The notes below the pieces were generated by a model, which saw only the letters and a list, made by a program, of their open reading frames with translations, was not told where the DNA came from and ran no database searches. From Antedon mediterranea (lineage: Eukaryota > Animalia > Echinodermata), in assembly GCF_964355755.1 (NCBI RefSeq), contig NC_092677.1, forward strand, positions 1,324,101 through 1,388,100: a stretch of 64,000 bases of DNA, given 5' to 3'. The position numbers were made by a program, and so were the translations under genes. Positions 1-10,900 of this stretch are shown here, piece by piece; within the stretch, counting starts at the first letter, position 1, and every line of letters begins with the position of its first letter.

Positions 1-39
1 TTTCGATAATAATGCTTGTTTATTTGTTTGTTTTTTTTT

Positions 40-885
40 AAACATTGACGATTACTTCTATATCCTAAGTCAACAATAAGAAGTACGTTGCACTTTAAAT
101 TGTAAATTTCCGGGTTTGGTGTCCACATAGACTAGCATGGAAATGTTTGTTTTGCTGCGAAACGATACCGAATGTTTCTTGATTTTGTTTCCTTAAAACC
201 AATCAATGTCATTATCGGTTTTTGTTTTAATAGTAATAGCGAAAATTAGTAATAGAAGCCAACAAGCTGAAGAGAAAATATACATGTGTGTTCCTTGGAT
301 CTGTACTTATACGCTCTTCATATTTATCACTTGTATTTTATTATAAAAGGTTCAACTTCGACGGGTCTTGTTGTTGGAATGACGTTTGTTGATGTGCTCA
401 TTGGATTCATTATCTGTTTGCTTGTTGATTTTATCATCAGCAAATTATAGAAGACAAATCCACAGGTAAAGCATAATTCTGATTCAGAAAATAGAACCAT
501 AAAATAAGAGTAAAATGCTCAATAATTAGTAAACTACCGCGGTACACCGCATAAGTAATGAAATGTATTAACAATAAAAAGTGCTTTTTGATGTTTTATG
601 TTTTTTCTACATCGAAAAACGACAACCAATCAGGAGTAAGGATGCCATACTTCAACTTTCATTACTCACTTTCACTTGTCATCATCATTATCAATGTCAC
701 CAATAGGTTTACAAGATTGTATTTCTTTTCGTTTATGTTCATGCAATAAACTGCTCTATTTTTTTTAAACAGGCGTTATTATGACTTATACCAGAGAGAC
801 AGATCAAGAAACAAACCACACATACCAATATTTACAGAAGAAAGATCAAGCTGTATATGTAAATGCAGAGAATGACAACAGATAA
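40..885 (+). pseudogene. 3' remnant (stalk, TM, 33-nt exon, Tyr-motif tail) of a cluster Ig-receptor gene whose 5' part lies before the window
   Basis: TM exon 350-465 is homologous to those of the intact copies (GLVVGMTFVDVLIGFIICLLVDFIISKL*) but has an in-frame TAG at 448-450. The stalk and 33-nt exon acceptors are mutated, and the tail exon at ~770-885 (ETNHTYQYLQKK..AVYVN) is degenerate. Confidence 0.8.
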
Positions 886-1933
886 ATGATACAGTTAATA
901 TATAGAATAATACAATTTTTAGGCCGATTATAAACATATTGCAGTGGCTTACTGTATTTTTTGCAGATAAATATTGTGAAAAATAAAAAAACACTTCATC
1001 ATTATTAAGGTTTCTTATGTTGATGGACGTTTCTATATATATGTTTTAGCTGATATGTTTGAAAGTTGCCTTACTCGAATTAACAGATAACATTTATATA
1101 ACGAGTTCTTATAGATCAGACGTAATTCCTAATATAAACCCGAGTTAGCCAGTATTTCATGTACGCGTCGCGGGTTAATGCGGGAAACGCGAATGTTACT
1201 TATGATGTCATGATATAATATCATATTTGTATAAAAATGATCAGGGTCCATCACTTCAACCACGTTTTATTATTTATTGGCCAACATTCGGTATGTTTAT
1301 TTATATTCTGACATAATGGCGGGAAATATTAATACATCCTGATATCACTAACAATCTTGCGAGTATTGAATGATACCACTAGGAGATTTGTTTTCTTGGT
1401 CCTCATCCTTGATTTTATCCAGCACCAGTTTTTTACCCAGCAATTAAACGTTTGCAATAAGGTAATGGTTTTGTGTTATGCTTTCATTAAATAAACTGAT
1501 TTTTTTATGTGGGTATAGTGGCTAGTTCCTTGTATTTTATCATATCCGTATGTTTCAAATTGACATATTGCAATGGATTAAAATATAAGACCAAGGTGAG
1601 GCTTAATTATTTACCCGCCGAGTAAATTGGCTTTATTTAGTAATTGCTAACTTTAGTGAGTAGGTACAGTATCTGGTCTGATGTAAAAACACACTAAAGA
1701 ATGTTATTGTAGCTTTTATTGTTCGATAAAACTAATAAAAATAACATACAGTGGATGTATTCTGTCTTACAAACCATATTAGGATTGAACTTGTGACTTG
1801 TCTGTGCAGTTGAGCGCGTTCTAACAAACACATTGTATATGGATCTACTTTAACAATAAGCCTAACTAGTTACTATATTGAAAGGGATAGGTGTAAGAAA
1901 TTGACGGATGACAACTAGGCATCCTGTTAGGAA

Positions 1934-4900
1934 ATGTTTCCAGAAAATAAAGATATCTGTTTGTTTAGCATCCTCCTTCAAGGTAAGTACACAGTGACCA
2001 ACTGTACTACGACAGCACAACACCCTTAGTTAGCTGTAGCCACTATTCTTTGCCAGATTAATAAATCTTACGACTGTTTGATAACACACTTGGTTAGTTT
2101 TAGCCACTTGATGCTAGAATTGGCAGGACTACTAACTAGGTTTAGATTTTTTATGGAAGGTCCATAGTCGACAATTTCACTATTTTTTTCAAAATCTATA
2201 AATACCTGCCTGAGCATATTCGGCGACACGAATTATTGTAATAAATATAACTTTTTTCTTCTCGTTTCAATATGGTTATGTCCGACTTTCGCTATAAAAT
2301 TTATCTTTTAGAATTGTCTCTTTTGCTCTCCTAAGTTTCCTGAATTTTATACAAGCTTTCTTCTCTGTAGAAGATGAACGGTTTTTAAAGAGGATGCATT
2401 TTTGAATAATAATAATAATAATAGGCCTACTGATGTGTATTTTTTTTATTTAGTTTTATTCTGCATTTGTTATGGAGTGTCTGTAAATATCAACAACTTA
2501 GATGCTGTACATGAAGGCTCTGACACAAGAATGACATGTACATATACAAGAGACAGTAGTACTAGTTCAAGTGATCCTATTGTGACATGGAATAACATCA
2601 TAGACGGGGAAGCAGATAGAATATCAGCAACTCAGAGTGGATCTACAATCATAGAACCTTCGTACCAAGAGAGATTTGGCGTTGATAGAGATGATGATAA
2701 AATTCTTGTGATTACTAACACTTTGCGAATTGACAGTGGCACATATCAATGTGAAGTTGTTATATTTGATGACCCACCTGTTGATGATGGTACTGTGACA
2801 TTAAATGTGGTATGTACGTATACGGTTAAATTCAAATATTTGTATACAGATACAGACGGTAGTCATAGTATATTTTTTAGTTGTTTATAATATAGTTTTA
2901 AAATAATTCAATTTCATAGTACTGTATTTATTTTTGGAATATAAAAATATTGTTTAGGCCTATATTACACAAACCAGAAATGGTGTTGGTAGTCTATGAG
3001 TGCCGCTTACCTGGATAAACACGACATAAGCCCTTTTCCACGAAGTGCGAAACAATTACGAAAAGAAGAATTTAGCGGTAGCTCACCTCCATGATAAATG
3101 GGACAGTCCGCTATAGCGCCCTCTAGTGGGACCACTCCCACGTAATACCGTCATCATTTCCCAAGACCTCTTGTCTGAGGGGACGGCGGGCGGGCGTTTA
3201 TCCAGGTAAGCGGCACTCATAGACTACCAACACCATTTCTGGTTTGTGTAGTCTATATCGTGCCTGCTTACCTGGATAAACACGACATAAGCCAGTGTAG
3301 CACCGGACTAGATATCTAGTCGGCGGTGGGAGACAAGTAACAAAATTTTACCAGTACATACCTATAGACGAGGCTTCAGTACTGCTGTCGCCACTGGAGC
3401 TAGGTTAGCGGACACATCCGAAAGATAGTAAGAGGTGAATGTAGACTGTGTTCGCCACCATGCCGCTTCCATAATGTCAGCTACAGGGACACCCGCGAAC
3501 AACGCCCACGAAGTGGCAACCGCGCGCAATTGATGCATGTGTGCCGGCGGCGGTGTGTCCGATGACGTGTAAGCGTTTTGAATTGTAGATACGACCCACC
3601 TTGCTATGGTCGATTTAGCTGCGGCGCGGTGTGGCGGAACAGAGGTGACAAACAGGTGAGACACTCCGTCTCTAATTGTCTTTGTGCGGTGGATATACCA
3701 CTTGAGGGCCCTCACTGGGCACCAAAGTTTGTCTCCGTCAACCGCCGAGTAAGATGTGATGGTGGGGACGAACACAGCCGGCGGCGAATATTTCAACGTC
3801 TGAGTTTTTGCTAGGAAATCTTTCCTAAACACTAGCCTCACGCCGCCTCGCTCGAACCTCACATGCCCTGGTTCTAAGGTAAGAGCGTGCACCTCGCCTC
3901 GGCGTCTGCACGATGACAATGCGAGCAGGAACGCCGTCTTCAGCGAGAGATTGTAAAGAGAAGCCTTACTCATAGGCTCAAATGGCGGGCGTGTAAGAGC
4001 GGCTAGAACGACGTTGACATCCCATCGAGGAATCAAGACCTTGACTGGAGGTCGTTGTCTGAACATCCCCCGTATCAGCTGAGTGATAACGGAGGATGAC
4101 GAAATCGTAGAACCGTCTTTCAGTGTTGGTGTCACCGCCCCAATGGCGGACCTATAGCCTGAAATGGTGCGGACCTGAAGACCTGACTCAAATAGGTAAT
4201 GCAGGAAGGCGCATACTTGACCAAGGGTAACCAACCCTGGCGTTATTTGTTGGCGCCTGCACCATGTAAAGAAATGCTTTAATCGGCTATTGTAGACGGT
4301 AAGAGTAGATTCCCGACGAGATTTCGCCGCGAGGGCGGCAGGGCCATCTGGAATGCCTGAGTCTCGGAGCTGATCCCTGACAATGGCCATACAGTCAGGC
4401 GCAGGGATTGTAGGTTCTGTAGTGAGAACACAGCTCGGCCCTGCGTCAGCAGATCCTCTCGAACTGGAAGACGCAGGGGATGATCGTAGAGCAGGTCGAG
4501 AAGCAGTGGATACCATGCTTGTCGAGCCCAGCCCGGGGCGATCAGAAGGACCCGGCAAGGATGGCGCTGAATGTGCGTCAGAACAGTTGGTATTAGTGAG
4601 ATCGGTGGAAACGCATAAGCCCATAGTCCGTCCCACGGTATGGATAGGGCATCCACCGCCCACGCACGTGCATCCCGAAACCTTGTGCAGAAGGTCGGGA
4701 GCTGTGTGTTGTCTGACGTCGCAAACAGATCTATATGAGGCCGCCCGAAGTGGTCGAAAATCAGTGTGGCAATGCTGGGTAGAAGGCGCCATTCCGTGGG
4801 ACAAAGTGTTTGTCGGGACAGAGCGTCCGCCACAATGTTGAGGCTGCCCGCAATGTGGGCAGCCGAGAGTTTGATGTTGTTGCCTATGCACCACATCATC

Positions 4901-7900
4901 AGTCTCCAGAGGTGGAAGCATAACGTCGGTGACCTCGTGCCTCCCTGACGATTTATATATGCTACCACTGTTGTGTTGTCGGAATGGATAAGGACGTGAC
5001 GACCGGCCACGTGAGGTCGAAGGGCCTTCAAGGTCCTGACGACTGCCCAGAGTTCTAGGAGGTTGATGTGGGAGCGCGCCTCCTCGACCGTCCAAAGGCC
5101 GGAGGCGCGGAGTGCCCTGGAGCAACCGCCCCAGCCTGTCTCGGATGCGTCTGTCTCTATACGGACGTCCGGCAAAGATTTTTGAATCGGCATTCCCACA
5201 GTCAACCTGCCTTCTACCAGCCACCATTCGAGATGCGTCTGAATGAATGCATTCGACGGAACCACTTTGTGTAGGGAGTCTATGTGCGGTCGGTAATGAG
5301 CCAGCAGATGCAGCTGTAAAGGTCTCATACGTAGCCGGCAATACGGAACCAAGGCAACGAAGCTGGCCAGACAACCCAGTGCTCTGAGCCATTCGTAAGC
5401 CGTCGGAGCACGAGCAGATATTAGATTGCGTACTGCACTCATTGCAGACGCGATGCGTTGTTGGGATGGACACGCCAAGCCCGTCACGAGATTTATCTGT
5501 GCTCCGAGGTATAACGGGAGCTGTGTCGGCACCAGGCACGACTTCTCCCGATTGACAATGAAACCTGCCTGTTCCGTTACGAGAAGGACATATTGTAGAC
5601 TGCTCATCAGCCTGTCCCTGGACTGGGCCACGACCAACCAATCGTCGAGATACATGAATACTCTTATTCCATGTTTGTGGAAGAACGACGCCAGCGTTCT
5701 GACTATGCGTGTAAACACGCGAGGAGCCGTCGATAGGCCGAACGGCAAAGCGACGAATTGGTACAATTGGTCGAGGATTCTGAAACGTAGCCAACGTCGA
5801 TCTGCCTCTGCGATAGGAACGTGAAAGTACGCATCTTTCAGGTCTATCGAGGCTGCCCAGTCTCCTCGTCTTAGCCCCAGAAGGATGGATGAGACTGTCT
5901 CCATCCGAAACCTTTGGGGCCGAATAAACCGCTTGTTTAGACTCCTCAGATTTAAAATAGGTCGCCAGTCGCCTGTCTTCTTTTCTGTGAGGAAGACGGT
6001 CGACTCGTGTCCCGAGACGGCGCATCGTTCGTCGACTGGTTCTACTGCTCCCTTTTGGAGTAGAGAATTGAGGCCGTCCAGAAGCGCACATCTCTTTAGA
6101 GGCTCTGGCGGAATTCTTGTCGACCGAGCGCCCCCGCTCACCGGGGGGCTCGTAAATTCGATGCTGTAGCCGTTTTTTATGGTGGCGAGAATCCACCTGT
6201 CCTCCGACAGGGTCTCCCACACTCGGGCGAACCGTCCTAGGCGACCCCCCACCTGCCCGTCGATGTTGGGGACGGGCGTACCGATCGCGTCACCGGCGAC
6301 GCGCGAACGCACCCGGACGCCTGCCGCTCTTATGGCTGGCGTCATATCTTCCGGGCCTGCCTCGTGCAGGTCGGGGATATCTGTTGATGTCATGTGGGGT
6401 GCGAACGCGGGAAGAAGTAGAAGCCTGCGTATCAGGACGCGCCGGTGTCGGTACTGGCGGTTGCGTTGGCGGTACTGGAGCCGGAAAAGGGGGAGGCGGT
6501 CTGGATGGTCCCGAACGTCCACGGCTAGCCCGACGTTTCTGCGGGAATCTCGATCGAGTTTCACGACGTGCCTCCCGCTCACGCGCCCACTTATCTTCCT
6601 TCTGGGAGAAACTCCCGAAGAAGAGATCCTTAGCGCCGAAAGATTCCGATGTAGTGAATCTACGATATTGCGCTGGCGCGATATCTGTCCCCTGGAGGAC
6701 GTTGACCCGGCGAGCAGCGGCCGACGTAACGGAAATAAATGCTTGCTGATCAGCGATAAGACCAGTTATTTGCTGCAGCAAAGTGATGACCTCGTCATCG
6801 CGCTCTCTAGGGTGTTCCGGGTCCGCCAGGAACGACAAGAGATAACCAGAAATAGACGTCACGCGTACTGTCTCGCGGGCGGCTCTATCAACTGCGAGAA
6901 GCGTCTCTTCTGTCTTAGCAGCCTTCGGAGCCAAGTAGTTGGTCTTGCCAGCCTCTACGCCCTGGTCCTCTCGGACGCGGTCTTTGGCTGCATCAGGCAC
7001 TCCCGGTGCAATGATGTACTTATCAAATTGCGCTGACGGCACCGGAAACGCCGACGAGAGAATGTACGGTGCGGCTCTACGTGTCGTTGTTGAGTCGCGC
7101 GCAAACATGTCTAAGCGGTCGATCAGTTCTTGGTCGAGAGGCACCACCGGACAGGTAGTGCTTTTCCTAAGAGGCGTACGCACGCCGAAAGTAGAAAACC
7201 GCTTAGTTGAAGGCGTAGGCTTAGGCTCGCGGAGCGAGTAGTCGATTCCAAGATAGGCCAGTACCGCCGGAAGAACTCTGTTCACGAGCGCCTGTAAACC
7301 CTCCTCACCGGGCCCCCTAAGCGACGCGGCTCTCTCCTCATCCGAGAGCGTGACCATAGTGCGATCAGACAAATAGTCGTCTTCCATCGAAGCACCCTCA
7401 GAAAAGGGCGGTAGTGGTGTCTGAGGAGGGGGCACCGGATAATACGGAATCGGAGGACGCTGGGCTGGGGCTACCGTAGGCTCGTCCCTTGGTAAAGCCC
7501 TTACCGCCGCCGCAATGGCATGCAACAACGCCGGAGACAACTCATTAGGGTCCGGGGCTGCAGAGGCCGCAGCGGGAACAGGCGCGGCGCCGAGAAAAAC
7601 CTCCTTCGCAAGTGGAACGGAAGCCACAGGCTCTTCCTCGCGTTGCACGACATCGTGCGTAGCTACCACTGGAGCCGCCACAGGCGCGGACTCCTCCGGA
7701 ACACCGACCTCAACAGTGCGTTCCACGGGCCGCGGAAGCGACGCAAACTTGGCTGGCGTCCAGCGAACGCAAACGTCACACGGGTTATCCTGATTGCACG
7801 TACGGCACTTAATACATCGCATGTGGCGATCCCATTTCACCGTCGTCCGCGGGCCCCTACACTGGACACACTCTTGCTTAGGCATGATGGTGCAAAACAC

Positions 7901-10900
7901 CTGTCTAACAGACACACAATCAACTACCTAACAACAGTCTCTTAACCTAGCGCCTGACTGATTCTGCTGTATAGCGTTGCCTACACTCGGCCGGTGACCC
8001 CGGTGAACTCTAAAGCTATTTCTGACTCGCTTGCTAGGCGAGTCAACGGATTGCAACGTATCAAATTCTCAAAATAACAATAAGAAACGATATTTCTGCC
8101 TTGTTTAAACAACAACGGCAACGTATTCCAACGTATCTAAATAATGTAAAGTTAAACTTAGCCTCGGCTAGCTAGACTATTCTAGTCTGTAGAATTCCTT
8201 GAAACTCGTCTTCTCTTCGAAAAACTTCGTGTCTGTCAACTACGACGATACGAAAAGAAATGATGACGGTATTACGTGGGAGTGGTTCCACTAGAGGGCG
8301 CTATAGCGGACTGTCCCATTTATCATGGAGGTGAGCTACCGCTAAATTCTTCTTTTCGTAATTGTTTCGCACTTCGTGGAAAAGGGCTTATGTCGTGTTT
8401 ATCCAGGTAAGCAGGCACGATATAGACTAACTAGATCGGTACCCAATATATTGCTTTGTTTAATTTCAGTGTCAAATAACTGTTCCAATCACGCTTGTTC
8501 TAATGGAGGTGTTTGTACACCGTCTTCTAGTTCTATGTGTAACAGGGTAACAGGTATGCTTATACCCAAATACTTGAATGATTTATCTGCTGAATCTGAC
8601 TTGAATCTGAGAAACCTTGTGGGACCCATTAAAGTAAAAGCTGGAATGATAAGTGACCATGCTATAAATAGATGAGTCACCTCATCCAAGTGGCGGGAAA
8701 ATGGTCATGAATATTTAGTGTATAATGTTTCAGTATGGGTCAGTTCATAAATGGACAAGGGATTTTGTTAATTGATTTGCATTTTTAATAGTTTCTTTTT
8801 TTGTATAACCGAACTTTAAATTGATAATTACATGTGTATGACTCGAGTTACAATACAATCGTTCTGTAAACTACGAAATAACGTTATGGTAAATGTATGT
8901 ACCATCGGTTAAAAATTGTCATAGTACCCAACTGGGAATGGATGACACTTACTAGTGCCTAGCCCAAAGTGAAGGTTTTCATCTCCTTCCGACTGGTTAC
9001 TAGGTAAGCATCTATATTTTTATCTCTCTTAATTTTAGAATTGTTTTACTATAGTTAATATAGTTGATTAGTTATTTGATGTTATACTATAGTTAATATA
9101 GTTGATTAGTTAATCGATTGTTATACTAGACACAACGCAATAGTAGCCTATACTGTCGTTAATGATACGATCACTGATGTTATCTTAAATAGTAACACTG
9201 TTTTTGTTCTATCTCCTTCCGACTGGTTACTAGCTTCAATAAAAGAATTTAACTTTTCCAAACCAAGAACTGTCTCTGTGGATGATTTTATTGTGTTTGT
9301 GCCAGTGCTGCAGCTCCTGAAAATACTACGCGATAAAGCTACGACGCTAGTAGTCTGAACCTGTTACATATGGGATACACATGTTCCTGTCCACAGTGTT
9401 TCTTTGGACAATTGTGTGAAACTCGTGAGTTTTCACTACCGGGAAAGTACTGTAGATAACAAGCCAAATTATACATTGAGCCTTTTCAATAATAAAGAAA
9501 GTATATAAAACTAGATTTTAAGTCGTCGCTTGAGTCATACGTTAGAATACAAATTAAAATGTTTTACTGGAACATTATGTGAAAATACAAATTTAATTCA
9601 TGTACTTTACAGTATAAAATCATTTTTTTAACTCGAATAAATGTATTTGTTATCATCAGCGTCAAATGGTTGCTCCAACAACCTTTGTCAGAATGGAGCT
9701 GCTTGTAACACTGTTTCTGGTTCCTGTTCAGCATACACATGTACCTGTTCATCATGTTTTACTGGAACATTCTGTGAGACTCGTAAGTTATGTTTGTCTG
9801 CTTGCTTTTATCACAGTTCAAATACAAATTTAATCATGTACATTGCAGTATAAAATCATTTTTTGTAACTCGAATACATTTATTTATTATTAACAGCGTT
9901 AAATGCTTGCTCCAATAACGCATGTCAGAATGGAGGTACATGTAACGCCGTTGCTGGTTCCTGTACAGCATACACGTGTACCTGTTCATCATGTTTTACT
10001 GGATTATTCTGTGAAACTTGTAAGTTATGTTTGTCTGCTTGCTTTTATCACAGTTCAAATACAAATTTAATCATGTACATTGCAGTATAAAATCATTTTT
10101 TTTAATATTATGTGAAACTGGTAAGTTCTATGTTTTTTCTGCTTTTCTTTATCAGAATTCAAATATGTATTTTACAGTCTATACTTTTCTGAAAACTGTA
10201 ATTTTCTCTTTTGTATAATATTCACTATCAGCGTCTGATGCTTCGACGCAAGTTCTATGTTTGTTTGCTTGTCAGCCCGTGACGACTGAATCTGCCCTAT
10301 AATTTTCCAGTATTTAATGTAACTAGAATGCATTCATTTTTTATTATCAGGAAATGCTTGCACTGGCAACATTTGTCAGAATGGAGCTAGTTGTGCCCAG
10401 GTTTCTGGTTCCTGTACAGCATACACATGTACCTGTCCAACATGTTATACTGGATCATTCTGTGAGACTTGTAAGTTCTATGTTTTTCTGTTTGTTTTTA
10501 TTTACAATTCAAATACAAATTTAATTCATGTATTTTACAGTATAAAGCATGTTTGTTACTCAAATACATTTATTTATTATTATAAGTATTGAATGCATGC
10601 TCCAACAATGCTTGTCAGAATGGAGCTGCTTGTGTTCAGGTTTCTGGTTTCTGTACAGCATACACATGTACCTGTCCATCATGTTTTACTGGAACATTCT
10701 GTGAAACTCGTAAATTATGTTTGTCTGCTTGCTTTTATCACAGTTCAAATACAAATTTAATCATGTACTTTGCAGTATAAAATCATTTTTTTAACTCGAA
10801 TAAATGTATTTATTATTATCAGCGTCAAATGCTTGCTCCAAAAACGTATGTCAGAATGGAGGTGTATGTACCATTGTTGCTGGTTCTTGTACTTCTTACA

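Larger units (their letters stand above)
2966..8429 (-). mobile_element. Full-length DIRS1-type tyrosine-recombinase retrotransposon
   Basis: Inverted terminal repeats (~2990-3160 and ~8257-8429, nearly identical). An internal complementary region at 3196-3293 joins both termini. Three overlapping intact ORFs (gag, RT/RNaseH/MTase, YR) and high GC against the AT-rich host. Confidence 0.96.

Noticed and set aside
3578-7945. Multiple + strand ORFs within the DIRS element
   Set aside because: Antisense shadows of GC-rich coding sequence with no recognisable motifs.
10231-10252. Possible 16-nt micro-exon (CGTCTGATGCTTCGAC, GC donor), repeated at ~12087
   Set aside because: It would shift the frame; it looks like a deletion remnant of an EGF exon.
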